Positions 1-9,573 of a stretch of 64,000 nt of DNA are shown piece by piece (within the stretch, counting starts at the first letter, position 1; the number at the start of each line of letters is the position of its first letter). The stretch is taken from positions 416,001 to 480,000 of the forward strand of contig CAWBNQ010000003.1 in NCBI GenBank assembly GCA_963790205.1. Reading direction: 5' to 3'. A program made the position numbers and the translations under genes. The notes beneath the pieces were generated by a model. That model had not been told where the DNA came from and ran no database searches. It saw nothing but the letters and a program-made list of their open reading frames with translations. The DNA is from Nitrospirota bacterium. Lineage in GTDB: Bacteria; Nitrospirota; UBA9217.

Positions 1-1
1 C

Positions 2-1021
2 AAGGGGATTATCGGCAATCTTAGCTGGGCCGGGCTCTCCGGCGTGGGGCTTACGCCGAATGCGGGTTATGCGCCGACGATCCCGCATCTTCTGTTCATG
101 ATCTACCAGATGATGTTTGCGGTCATAACGCCCGCGCTCATCAGCGGCGCTTTTGCCGAGCGCATGAAGTTCTCGGCCTACCTCATCTTCGTCCTGGCCT
201 GGACCACCATTGTTTACGATCCGGTGGCCCACTGGGTGTGGGGGAGCGGGGGATGGCTGAAGCACCTCGGCGTCCTCGATTTCGCGGGCGGGATCGTGGT
301 GCACGCGACCTCGGGTTTCTCGGCCCTTGCGGCCGCGTTCTACATCGGCAAGCGCAAGGGTTTTCTGCAGGAGCACATGCCGCCCCACGACCTGCCGCTG
401 ACCGTGCTGGGCGCAGGGCTTCTGTGGTTCGGCTGGTTCGGTTTCAACGCGGGAAGCGCGCTGTCGTCCGGCGGGCTTGCGACCATGGCCTTTGTTACGA
501 CCCATACGGCCGCTGTCTCGGCCACGCTCACCTGGACGCTCGTTGAGTGGGTCCACCGCGGCAAGCCGACCATGTTCGGCGCGGCAACCGGGGCTATTGC
601 AGGCCTGGCCACCATCACCCCGGCGGCCGGTTTCGTGGGCCCTATGGCCGCGCTCGTTATCGGCATCGCGGCCGGGCTTTTGTGCTACACGGCCCTGAAC
701 GCCAAGACGAAGTTCGGTTACGATGATTCTCTCGATGCCTTCGGCGTGCATGGTGTCGGTGGAACGCTGGGGACGATCATGGCGGGTCTCTTTGCGTCGA
801 TCGCGATCAACGCAGCAGGCGCGAACGGGCTTTTCTTCGGGAACACGAAGCAGCTGGCCGTCCAGGCGGGATCGGTTGCGCTGGTCGCGGTCTACTCTTT
901 TGTTGTGAGCCTGGTCCTGTTTAAGATCATCGATGTGGTCATGGGGCTGCGGGTCAACAAAGATGAAGAGACCGAGGGCCTTGATATCAGCCAGCACGGT
1001 GAGGCCGGATATACGGCGTAA
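2..1021 (+). CDS. amtB: Ammonium transporter (5'-partial, reading frame open from window start)
   Basis: YQMMFAVITPALISGAFAER, DFAGGIVVH, LLWFGWFGFNAGS, DDSLDAFGVHG and C-terminal EETEGLDISQHGEAGY are Amt signatures. Confidence 0.97.
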   Translation, partial: KGIIGNLSWAGLSGVGLTPNAGYAPTIPHLLFMIYQMMFAVITPALISGAFAERMKFSAYLIFVLAWTTIVYDPVAHWVWGSGGWLKHLGVLDFAGGIVVHATSGFSALAAAFYIGKRKGFLQEHMPPHDLPLTVLGAGLLWFGWFGFNAGSALSSGGLATMAFVTTHTAAVSATLTWTLVEWVHRGKPTMFGAATGAIAGLATITPAAGFVGPMAALVIGIAAGLLCYTALNAKTKFGYDDSLDAFGVHGVGGTLGTIMAGLFASIAINAAGANGLFFGNTKQLAVQAGSVALVAVYSFVVSLVLFKIIDVVMGLRVNKDEETEGLDISQHGEAGYTA

Positions 1022-1234
1022 GAGGGCGAGGGAGGGGCGAAAATTAAGAACAGATACTCCGCGGATGCCTCTGCGAACCTTCCTGTGTTGCCGGGAGGTT
1101 CATGTGCCCATCCGCTGCACAGGTGCTTAGAGAACGATCTCGCTCGCCTGGTGAATTCCGGGTGCGGCCGTTATTGCCGGGAAACATTCTCTGCAAAAAC
1201 GCCCGGTTGAGGACCATGCGGGCTTTTTGTCTTA

Positions 1235-1250
1235 TGGCACAGCGCTTGCT
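1235..1250 (+). promoter_or_regulatory. sigma54 -24/-12 promoter upstream of ntrB-ntrC
   Basis: TGGCACAGCGCTTGCT matches TGGCAC-N5-TTGCW exactly. Confidence 0.8.
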
Positions 1251-1362
1251 TAGTGAACAAGCAGGAACGCCGTCGGCTGTTCTCACCCGGGAAGCCTTGC
1301 CGTGCGGCAACGATGTCATAAATTATCTTGAATCGTCAAATATATTGTGATATCAATTAAGT

Positions 1363-2487
1363 ATGGAACCTCTCGCGACCCGGATACAAGACCTGACCGC
1401 CGACATCCTCACGGGCATCGTGGACGGCGTCATCGTCATTGACGCGGGCGGGCAGGTCCTTATCTGGAACAGGGCGGCCGAGGAAATGACCGGCATCGCC
1501 GCCACGGACGCGCTCGGCAAGAACATCGCCGTCGCGCTTTCCGACAACCCGGCGGTCGCGGGCCAGATCGAAAAAACGCTGTCCTCGGGACGGTCCTATT
1601 CGGATTACGAGGCCGAACTCTCGTTCAAACAGCGGCCCCCGAGCCCCGTGGGACTCGTAACGAGCGTGCTTACGGACAGCGACGGCTGCCCTACCGGCGT
1701 TATTCTCACGATCCGCGATCAGACGGGCGTGAGGGACCTCAAGGAGCGGATGCGGAGGTCCGACCGGCTTGCGACGCTCGGGATGATCGCGGCGGGCATC
1801 GCGCATGAGGTCAAGAACCCGCTCGTCGGCATCAGCGGTGCGGCGCAGCTCATGAAGTCCGAGATCCTGTCGGGTGACGGACCCGTACAAGGCGCGGGCC
1901 CGGGCAGGAACCTGATCGAGTACCTGGACGTGATCCTGAAGGAAGCGGACCGGCTGAATAATGTGCTTGAGGGCATTCTCGATTTTACGCGGTTGAAGCC
2001 GCATGAGATCAAGGCGTACAATATTCACAGCATCCTGGACCGCGTCCTGCTCCTGAATGAGGAGGGCGCGCGGCAAAGCGGCGTGGTCCTTACCCGCCTC
2101 TACGATCCGAGCCTGCCCGAGGTCATGGGGAACCGGGACCAGCTCATTCAGGTCTTTCTGAACATCATCAAGAACGCGGTCGAGGCCATGCCCCGAGGCG
2201 GCAAACTGACCGTGGTCACCCGGATGTCCGACCTGTTCACGAGCGTCCAGGCCGACGGCAAGAAGCACCGGCTCATGGTCGTGAAAATAAGCGACACCGG
2301 ACCGGGCATCAAGCAGGAGCATCTGAACGATGTTTTCACCCCCTTTTTCACGACCAAGGACAAGGGGGTGGGGCTGGGGCTGGCGCTGTCGTACCAGATC
2401 GTGCAGGAGCATCTCGGGACGATCCGGGTGGAAAGCCAGGAGAACGAAGGCACCACGTTCAGCGTTTATCTGCCGCTGGCGGGGTGA
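1363..2487 (+). CDS. ntrB: NtrB-like PAS sensor histidine kinase
   Basis: N-terminal PAS, H-box AHEVKNPL, N-box QVFLNIIKNA, DTGPG, FFTTK, GLGL; lies between amtB and a sigma54 activator. Confidence 0.85.
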   Translation: MEPLATRIQDLTADILTGIVDGVIVIDAGGQVLIWNRAAEEMTGIAATDALGKNIAVALSDNPAVAGQIEKTLSSGRSYSDYEAELSFKQRPPSPVGLVTSVLTDSDGCPTGVILTIRDQTGVRDLKERMRRSDRLATLGMIAAGIAHEVKNPLVGISGAAQLMKSEILSGDGPVQGAGPGRNLIEYLDVILKEADRLNNVLEGILDFTRLKPHEIKAYNIHSILDRVLLLNEEGARQSGVVLTRLYDPSLPEVMGNRDQLIQVFLNIIKNAVEAMPRGGKLTVVTRMSDLFTSVQADGKKHRLMVVKISDTGPGIKQEHLNDVFTPFFTTKDKGVGLGLALSYQIVQEHLGTIRVESQENEGTTFSVYLPLAG

Positions 2488-2489
2488 TT

Positions 2490-2605
2490 CAATTGAGGAT
2501 TGCGAATTGCGGAATGCGGATTGGAACTCGAAATGCAAAACGTGGAATTGAAGATGAAAGGCTGATTTTAATTCGCAATTCGAAATCCGCAATTTGAAAT
2601 TGAAA
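2490..2605. repeat. Heptamer tandem repeats in two inverted arms
   Basis: GGATTGC/GAATTGC/GGAATGC units on the left, ATTCGCA/ATTCGAA/ATCCGCA units on the right. Confidence 0.7.
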
Positions 2606-2608
2606 GCT

Positions 2609-4066
2609 ATGACCAATGAAAAAGTCCTGATAGTCGACGACGACGAGAGCGTGCGCTGGGTCCTCAAGAAGTCCCTCGAAAAGGAGGGTATCGAGACGGT
2701 GCTCGCCAAGAACGCCGCCGAAGCGCTCGAGCGGATCAAGGAGGGCGATATCGCGATCGCGCTCATGGACATCCGCATGCCCGGCATGAACGGACTGGAG
2801 GCGCTCGAAAAGATCCAGGACGAAGGCAAGGGCGTTTCGGTCATCATCATGACCGCACAGGCCACCATGCAGAACGCCATCGAAGCCATGCGGCGCGGCG
2901 CCTTTGATTACATCACCAAGCCTTTCGACCTTGACGAGGTGAACCTCCTCGTACGCAAGGCCATCGATGTACGGCGCCTTTCCCAGGAAGTGAATGCGCT
3001 TCGCGCCGAGGTGCGGGAAAAATATGAGGGCGGGCTCGTGGGCAATACGCCCGCCATGCAGGAGATCTACAAGACCATCGGCAGGGTCGCCGAGAGCGAC
3101 GCCACGGTCCTGGTCCACGGCGAGAGCGGCACGGGCAAGGAGCTTGTGGCGCGCGCCATCCACTTTCACAGCAAACGGGTTGGCAGGCCTTTCGTTGCGG
3201 TAAATTCGGCGGCGATCCCCTCGGAACTGCTGGAGAGCGAGCTCTTCGGCCATGAGAAAGGGGCGTTCACCGGCGCCGTGGCCCGCAAGATCGGCAAGTT
3301 CGAGGCGGCCGCAAGCGGCACGCTGTTCCTGGACGAGATCGGCGACATGAACCTCCCGCTCCAGGGAAAGCTTCTTCGCGTGCTTCAGGAACGGGAGTTC
3401 GAACGCGTGGGCGGCACGGAGCCGATCAAGACGGACGTGCGCGTGATCGCCGCGACGCACCAGAACCTTGAGAAGGCCGTGCGCGACAAGCGCTTCCGGG
3501 AGGACCTGTTCTACCGCCTGAACGTTATCCAGATCACCATTCCGCCGCTTCGAAAACGCAAGGACGACATCGCCCCGCTCGCTGAATATTTCATGCAGAA
3601 ATACCAGCCCGGCCAGGGCAAGGCCAAAGTGCTCACGCCGGAGACGCTCAAGATCCTCCGCGCCTATGACTGGCCGGGCAACGTGCGCGAGCTCGAGAAC
3701 GCCATCCAGCGCGCTATCACGCTTTCCCAGGGGGACAAGATATTCCCCGACGCCCTGCCGCCGCAGATCTTCAAGCCCGGCCACGGCGTCGCGCTCTCGT
3801 TCGAGAACTTCCTCGAAGAGAAGCTCACGGACCTCGTCGACCGCATGGGCGGGCTCGAGACCGGAGACATCTATTCCATGGTGCTCCAGCGCGTGGAAAA
3901 GCCGCTCATCACCCTCATTCTGAAAAAGACCGAAGGCAACCAGGTGCGCGCCGCGCACCTCCTCGGCATCAACCGCAACACGCTCCGGAAGAAGATCAAG
4001 GAACTGGGGATCCGGGGGCCCTTCGGCGATAATGGGGAAGGGGGGCGTGAGGAAGAGGAAGAGTGA
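2609..4066 (+). CDS. ntrC: NtrC-like sigma54-dependent response regulator
   Basis: Receiver (LIVDDD, DIRMP, KPF), AAA+ with GESGTGKE and [15 protein letters not shown], Fis-type [23 protein letters not shown]. Confidence 0.9.
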   Translation: MTNEKVLIVDDDESVRWVLKKSLEKEGIETVLAKNAAEALERIKEGDIAIALMDIRMPGMNGLEALEKIQDEGKGVSVIIMTAQATMQNAIEAMRRGAFDYITKPFDLDEVNLLVRKAIDVRRLSQEVNALRAEVREKYEGGLVGNTPAMQEIYKTIGRVAESDATVLVHGESGTGKELVARAIHFHSKRVGRPFVAVNSAAIPSELLESELFGHEKGAFTGAVARKIGKFEAAASGTLFLDEIGDMNLPLQGKLLRVLQEREFERVGGTEPIKTDVRVIAATHQNLEKAVRDKRFREDLFYRLNVIQITIPPLRKRKDDIAPLAEYFMQKYQPGQGKAKVLTPETLKILRAYDWPGNVRELENAIQRAITLSQGDKIFPDALPPQIFKPGHGVALSFENFLEEKLTDLVDRMGGLETGDIYSMVLQRVEKPLITLILKKTEGNQVRAAHLLGINRNTLRKKIKELGIRGPFGDNGEGGREEEEE

Positions 4067-4103
4067 CCCGGGGTTACCATTGTTCTTGATTTCACGTGAG
4101 GGA

Positions 4104-4140
4104 AGGTCGGGTTTTGTGTTTAACCCGGCCTTTTTTGTTG
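4104..4140 (+). terminator. Probable intrinsic terminator after ntrC
   Basis: AGGTCGGGTT...AACCCGGCCT hairpin followed by T run. Confidence 0.6.
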
Positions 4141-4188
4141 TCCCGGTCACCAGGGCAGCCCTCTCTGGGTATATCCTTGATCGCAGTG

Positions 4189-4656
4189 TTACTTCCTGAA
4201 CGTCCTGTGACACGTAACACAGCTTTCGAGGAGCTGCTTCGTGATCATCAGCATGGCCTCAGTGTTGTTCTGATTTCCGGCGCGGCCAAGGGCCTCGACC
4301 TGCGCACGGAACGAGTCATGCCTCCGTTGGAAACCGTCAAGCCGGTCGCCGTTCTTGGGTAGCGAAAGCGTCCCTGCCCGGAGCGCCTGTTGCGTCCTGT
4401 CCATGGGTTCGCGCAGGGACTCGAGGGACTTCGAAGCGCGAACTCCGTCCGCCTGAGCGATGGCGGATACCATGTCGCGCATAACGCTGTCGAGCGCCGT
4501 CATCTCCGCGACAAGGGGACTTGCGGCGGGCCGCTGTGCCGGTGCGCTATTTTGGGTGGAGTGCTGGTCCTGGCTCGCGGGCTCCGCCGCAGCAAGGTGT
4601 CCGGCGGAAAGCAGCACGACAGTCAGGGAAAGGGCTTGCACGATCCTTCTAAACAT
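4189..4656 (-). CDS. Secreted monoheme class II (c'-like) cytochrome c
   Basis: Signal peptide, helical body, single C-terminal CVTCH. Confidence 0.75.
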   Translation of the reverse strand: MFRRIVQALSLTVVLLSAGHLAAAEPASQDQHSTQNSAPAQRPAASPLVAEMTALDSVMRDMVSAIAQADGVRASKSLESLREPMDRTQQALRAGTLSLPKNGDRLDGFQRRHDSFRAQVEALGRAGNQNNTEAMLMITKQLLESCVTCHRTFRK

Positions 4657-4817
4657 ACAGTCAGTCCTCCTTCCTCCTTAGTTGCTCATCGATAACAAGT
4701 ACGCATTGGAGACACTTTTAACAATAAATATATGTCTAAACCAAATTATACTGTAAAAATGATCAAACGTCAACTTTTTATTGATATAACCTGATCAACT
4801 GATATTTCCTCCAGCGA

Positions 4818-4985
4818 GGCATCAACCGCAACACGCTCCGGAAGAAGACCGAAAACTGGGGATCAGGGGGCCGGTCGGCGATGAGGGGGAAGCGGGGCGC
4901 GAGGAAGAGGAACCCGGAGTACGATCGATCTTGATTTCACACGAGGGAAGGTTGGGCTGTGCAGTTTAGCCCTGCCCTTTTTGTT
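4818..4985 (+). repeat. Degenerate direct copy of the ntrC 3' end and terminator (original about 3965-4140)
   Basis: GGCATCAACCGCAACACGCTCCGGAAGAAGA identical at 3965 and 4818; similarity continues through TCTTGATTTCAC..GAGGGAAGGT and the hairpin. Confidence 0.9.
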
Positions 4986-5286
4986 TTCTCGTTCAACACA
5001 AAGTATTTTTGCCCAAAATGCCATTTGCGGATAATACCGACAAGTCTGCGCTTTGGCTGAAACTGCTGTCCATTGCGAGTTGAAAGATGTTATCGAAGTC
5101 CTCGTTTATCGTCGAGGTCCTAAGTCCATTTCGGACCACAGGATGTCCCGAAGATGTTCCGAGAAGGCCGCACCGCTGCTTTAATAGTGGTTCTACACGT
5201 CTTCTAAAATAAAATGGGCGATGATATATCATCACCCATGATGTGTCTCTGAAGTATTGCTGCGAAGTTTTTTTACAGTTACGACT

Positions 5287-5676
5287 TCACGAAACCGCTT
5301 GTTTCTCGCGGATCGCGGCGGGCGTGGGCACCGCCAGGCCGGCCATCGTCCCGAGACCGCCAACCACGATACAGACCGCAGCTGCGCAGGATATACCAAT
5401 CAGATCCCCATCACCACCGCTGCCCTGGCAAACGAGCGCGGGCTCTCCTGCGCCCGTCAGCTTCCGGACCAGGATCAGCGTCCTGTAGCTTCCCTGGTGA
5501 CAGCTTCATCCGCGTGAGATGAAGTACGATAGGCCAGTTAACATGAGTTCGACTATCACGATCGGCGTGACAGCGTGAGCCAAAGAGAACTCCGGCATGA
5601 TTCCGAACACAAAGAGTACTAACCCGCCAAGTGTTGCGCCTATTTTCACTCCCGTTTTTGCCGCTTCGTTCTTCAT
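5287..5676 (-). pseudogene. Disrupted paralog of the membrane protein at 6884-7189
   Basis: MKNEAAKTGVKIGATLGGLVLFVFGIMP matches MKNITVKTGMRIGAMVGGLGFAMFGIMP; after an about 80-bp interruption GSYRTLILVRKLTG...IGISCAAAVCIVVGGLGT matches the rest; frameshifts present. Confidence 0.8.
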
Positions 5677-5723
5677 GGTTTTTTCCTCGTATTTGAATTT
5701 TTATATTTATTCTGGTTCTTTTG

Positions 5724-6038
5724 TTATTTGCTGCCAGCCCTCTCGGTATTTTCCGATGTCTGCCCGGTCTCAAGCACCCTGCCGACGAGCCAGCCTACAG
5801 TGGCCGTGACTGTTACGATCGAGATTCCGGACACCATGACGCCCACCAGCATGGACGCGAGCACGACCGCGCGTGCTATGATTCCCGGATCCAGCGGAAG
5901 CCCGAAGACCATTCCGGCCAATTTGATTCCTGCAGCGCCGCCCAGGAGGCTGCCGGGAAGAAGGCCGAAGATCGCGAAGAGCACTATTCCTGCGCCCGCT
6001 CCGATGTATGCTGTTTTTCTTGAAAGTATGGTAGTCAT
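5724..6038 (-). CDS. Small Gly-rich membrane protein, paralog of 6570-6881
   Basis: AGGAGG RBS; AYIGAGAGIVLFAIFGLLPGSLLGG versus AYTGAGAGLVLFGLFGLLPGSLVGG. Confidence 0.85.
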   Translation of the reverse strand: MTTILSRKTAYIGAGAGIVLFAIFGLLPGSLLGGAAGIKLAGMVFGLPLDPGIIARAVVLASMLVGVMVSGISIVTVTATVGWLVGRVLETGQTSENTERAGSK

Positions 6039-6077
6039 TTTGTTGTCCTCCTTTTCGTTCAGTCTTGCCCTGGATAA

Positions 6078-6093
6078 TGCAGTTCGCATGCCA
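6078..6093 (-). promoter_or_regulatory. sigma54 promoter (leftward)
   Basis: Minus strand TGGCATGCGAACTGCA, GG-N10-GC, about 40 nt before ATG 6038. Confidence 0.7.
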
Positions 6094-6514
6094 ACAGGTA
6101 ACTGATTGAATTTGCGGAAAACAGGGGAACGCGGGTTTTTGCAGGGATGAGAAATAGAGCAATTGCGTTATTAAACATGCAAACGAATCGGACTTTTGCC
6201 GAACGAATATTTATCTTCTTCGTATATCGGTATATCGGATGCAGAAAGAGGCGATACATGCGGCGCAAGATTCGCGCCGTCTGAGTCTGACGCAATAGTT
6301 AACGTACAAGGCACCTTTAACGTTGTCCGCACATACGGGAAAAACTGATTGGCAAAAGCATTTATTTTGCCGCAGGTGTGGGAGTTAATTAGAGATCGAT
6401 CGATCTTTCGAATACGACGGATGACCCACCCGCCTTGGGAGCGACATCAACGCCTTCTCACTTCTGCAAAACATCTTCACCCCCTGATCCCAGCGAAATC
6501 AGCAGGTTGGTCTT

Positions 6515-6530
6515 TGGCATGACTGATGCA
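6515..6530 (+). promoter_or_regulatory. sigma54 promoter (rightward)
   Basis: TGGCATGACTGATGCA, GG-N10-GC, about 40 nt before ATG 6570. Confidence 0.7.
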
Positions 6531-6569
6531 ATGAGAAAGGCAAGACAGAACGAAAAGGAGGACAGGAAA

Positions 6570-6881
6570 ATGAAGAACTCAAAATCAAAACAGGGTGCTT
6601 ACACGGGAGCGGGTGCAGGGTTGGTTCTGTTCGGACTCTTTGGATTGCTGCCGGGAAGCCTTGTCGGAGGCGCCATGGGAATCAGTGCGGCGGGCATGCT
6701 GTTCGGTCTTCCTCTTGAACCCGGACTCCTCCCACGCATGATCGTCCTGGGGTCCATGCTTCTGGGCATAATGGTCTCGGGAATCACGATCGTAACGGCT
6801 TCCTCGTCGGTCGGTTGGCTGGCCGGGCGGGCCATAAGCGTGACGGTCCACAATCCATTCGCCGCGGCGGAAAGGAGATAG
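6570..6881 (+). CDS. Small Gly-rich membrane protein
   Basis: AGGAGG RBS, about three hydrophobic segments, paralog in the window. Confidence 0.85.
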   Translation: MKNSKSKQGAYTGAGAGLVLFGLFGLLPGSLVGGAMGISAAGMLFGLPLEPGLLPRMIVLGSMLLGIMVSGITIVTASSSVGWLAGRAISVTVHNPFAAAERR

Positions 6882-6883
6882 CC

Positions 6884-7189
6884 ATGAAGAACATTACGGT
6901 AAAAACAGGAATGAGGATCGGGGCAATGGTCGGCGGGCTGGGGTTCGCAATGTTCGGGATCATGCCGGGCTTCTACTTCGGATCCTTCGGAACGTTGATC
7001 CTTCTCCAAAAGCTGATGGGCACGGTGGAACCGATGCTCTTCGTGCGGGCCGCAATGGTCTGCGGGGCCATGGTCGGGATCGCCTCTGCGGCGGCGGTGA
7101 GTCTGGTTGTCGGCGGACTGGCCGGCACGGCGCTGGGATATGCCGTATCAGCCCCGGCAGCAATGCGGCAGGCTGCGTCAAAAGCATAG
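6884..7189 (+). CDS. Small Gly-rich membrane protein (second gene of the pair)
   Basis: AAGGAG RBS, hydrophobic; FGIMPG..FG echoes FGLLPG..GG of the first gene. Confidence 0.85.
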   Translation: MKNITVKTGMRIGAMVGGLGFAMFGIMPGFYFGSFGTLILLQKLMGTVEPMLFVRAAMVCGAMVGIASAAAVSLVVGGLAGTALGYAVSAPAAMRQAASKA

Positions 7190-7320
7190 GGTCGCGGAAT
7201 TGAAAAGCGGGTGCAGCGATAAACAAGGCGGTGAGAAATCACCGCCTTTTCTGTCCGGCAAAGATGAAACTTGCTATCGAAGTTCTCGTTTATCGTCAGG
7301 CCGTAAGTCCACTTCGGACA
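7160..7320 (+). repeat. About 160-bp direct repeat, copy 1 (gene 3' end, terminator hairpin, downstream DNA)
   Basis: GCAGGCTGCGTCAAAAGCATAGG...AAACAAGGCGGTGAGAAATCACCGCCTT...GTTCTCGTTTATCGTCA recurs at 10659-10819. Confidence 0.92.
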
Positions 7321-7722
7321 CAACGTTATATATGGGTAGAGCATGAGGTCCCCTAAGTCGCTCAAAGGTCGCGAAGGGAAATCTTAAAGATCTTGAATTA
7401 AACTAAAATACCCTTTGTTTTTCGACGTCCCTCGCGTTTTTCGCGCCTTCGCGGTAAATATTCTTGCCTAAATCCCTTTTCGCATCTCACGTGGCACCGC
7501 CTTCGCACTTGATTCTTGTCCCCTATCATTATATAATCCAAGGTAATCACCCCCTCTGAGGTGCCGACTGTATACGTGGACGATCCCATTCCAAATACAG
7601 GAGGTCGACCTGGAGCTGTACGGATAGAAATATCCTTGTCCATTACTCCTTCTCCTGCAAGGAGAAGGACGGGATGAGGATGGGTTATCGATCTTATCTT
7701 GTTGCTGGGGACAATTACCGAC

Positions 7723-9522
7723 ATGGCCTTTACCGGAGATTTAGAGCATCTGTCCATAGTAGACATTATCCAGTTGGTCCACACAACGCGGAAGTCGGGC
7801 ATTTTTTCCGTTAAGGGAGGCAAGGGGGAGAGCAGGATCGTTTTCAGCAATGGGTTTATTGTCGGTGCAAATCATATCAACAACAGCGTCCGCATCGGGA
7901 CCATTCTGGTAAAGACGGGCGCCATAACAATCGATGATCTCAAGCAGGCCTTGGGCGCCACGAACGATGCCGCCAAGGACCGCAGGCCGCTCATGGTTAC
8001 TTTGATGCAGATGGGCAAGCTCAAGCGGGATGACGCCCTGAGAGGACTCAAAAAGCTGGTCGAGATGACCATCGTCGAGCTGATGAGCTGGAGCAAGGGT
8101 ACCTTTACGTTCGATACGGAGACGCTCGTCTTCTCTTCGGAAGGCGGGGCTGCTTTCGGCGACATGGAGCAGGATGTGGGAGTTGATGCCCAGATGGTTT
8201 TGATGGATGCGCTTCGTGTCTTTGACGAGCGTGAACGCGACCGCGCGAAGGGAAAAGAGGTGTCGTCCTTCGAGGCGCTCTATGCCGATGTCCTTCCAGA
8301 GGAAAGAGCCGGTGGAATACAAGGAGAACGCTCGACCATTACCGCGGATGATCTCGGGCTTGCCGATATCGACCGGCTTGAGAAGAAAATACCGCGGCCT
8401 GTTTCCGAAATGGAGATCTTCGATCCGGTCGAGATCCATCGCCAGAATATAAGGGAAATCCTCGCCGGTTTTTCTTCCGCAGAGCAGGAGGCCTTTGTCT
8501 CTTTTCTGAGGAAATCCGTAACTCGCAAGCCTGCGCCCGACGCTGCGGCGCAGCAGGCGGGCAAGGCTGTTGTCATTTTCAGCGGTGATGAGCTGATCAG
8601 GCATTCACTCATGACCATCTGTAAAGAGGATGGAGTACCCGTATTTGCAACAGACAACGAAATCGACCTCGAAGGGACCGTATCGCAGTGTCTCTCCGCC
8701 ATGAGAATGCCTCTGGTTGTTTTTGACAGTCCCCTAAGATCGAAGGACGCGTTTACCGAGAAGAAAATCCTAAGCATGCGGACCGCGATCATGAAGAAGC
8801 ATTCTGCGGTCCCGGTGATCCAATTTGCCTCTGTTGACGATGCTGATTTTTTCCTTCAATCATACAGTGACGGCGTCAGGGCTGTTTTCCCAAAGCCGCT
8901 GAAAGAGGTCCGGAGAGAAACCTATATCCACGATACGATGCAGTTTCTCGACACCTTCAAGTCGTTTATCAAAGGGTTTCAGGAGCGTGTCGATACCACT
9001 GACCGGTACATGAAAGAACTGAAAGACAACATCAAATTACTTCGCGAGATCACCACCCCTTCCGATGCGGCGATGATGATGCTCGCATCTGTTGCTGAAA
9101 TGTTCGAACGCGCGGTCACGTTTTTTGTCCGTCCTTCGGAATTGACCGGTGAACGGGCCGTCGGAGTGAGTTCCGAAAAAAGCATAGGGCCGACTCCGGC
9201 GGACAGGCTGAAGATATTGCTCTCAAAACCTTCTGTTTTCCGGGATGTGCTCGAAAAAGGGCAGGCCTATTACGGAGAGAGCGGCGATGAAGCGCTCGAG
9301 GAACTCTTTAAACAAATAGGCAAGCCCCTGAGCCCGGCCGTTGTCCTGCTGCCCTTGCTCGTCGATCGAAAGGTCGTAGCAATCGTATACGGGGATTTCG
9401 GCAAGAAAGAGGCATCCCCGGTGCAGCTCGATATACTCGAGATCCTTGCCCAGCAGGTCGGCATTGTTCTGGAATACGCGCTTTTCCGCAGACAGATGAC
9501 GAAAGCGGCTCAAAAATCATAG
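7723..9522 (+). CDS. DUF4388 (PatA-N-like) protein with MshEN-like segment, degenerate receiver-like middle and GAF-like C-terminus
   Basis: MAFTGDLEHLSIVDIIQLV..RKSG, RIGTILVKTGAIT, WSKGTFTF; C-terminal VVLLPLLVDRKVVAIVYGD. Confidence 0.75.
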   Translation: MAFTGDLEHLSIVDIIQLVHTTRKSGIFSVKGGKGESRIVFSNGFIVGANHINNSVRIGTILVKTGAITIDDLKQALGATNDAAKDRRPLMVTLMQMGKLKRDDALRGLKKLVEMTIVELMSWSKGTFTFDTETLVFSSEGGAAFGDMEQDVGVDAQMVLMDALRVFDERERDRAKGKEVSSFEALYADVLPEERAGGIQGERSTITADDLGLADIDRLEKKIPRPVSEMEIFDPVEIHRQNIREILAGFSSAEQEAFVSFLRKSVTRKPAPDAAAQQAGKAVVIFSGDELIRHSLMTICKEDGVPVFATDNEIDLEGTVSQCLSAMRMPLVVFDSPLRSKDAFTEKKILSMRTAIMKKHSAVPVIQFASVDDADFFLQSYSDGVRAVFPKPLKEVRRETYIHDTMQFLDTFKSFIKGFQERVDTTDRYMKELKDNIKLLREITTPSDAAMMMLASVAEMFERAVTFFVRPSELTGERAVGVSSEKSIGPTPADRLKILLSKPSVFRDVLEKGQAYYGESGDEALEELFKQIGKPLSPAVVLLPLLVDRKVVAIVYGDFGKKEASPVQLDILEILAQQVGIVLEYALFRRQMTKAAQKS

Positions 9523-9573
9523 ATAAATGGATGTGTCTCAGACTAAGAGAGAACGCGGAGGTACAAGAACGTC

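Noticed and set aside
1870..1912. Gly/Pro-rich loop in NtrB as another repeat insertion
   Set aside because: Weak hairpin only and no matching copy in the window
1357..4213. Long minus-strand ORFs (510 and 574 aa), and similar ones opposite nifH, nifD and nuoD
   Set aside because: Antisense shadows of GC-rich real genes; no recognisable motifs
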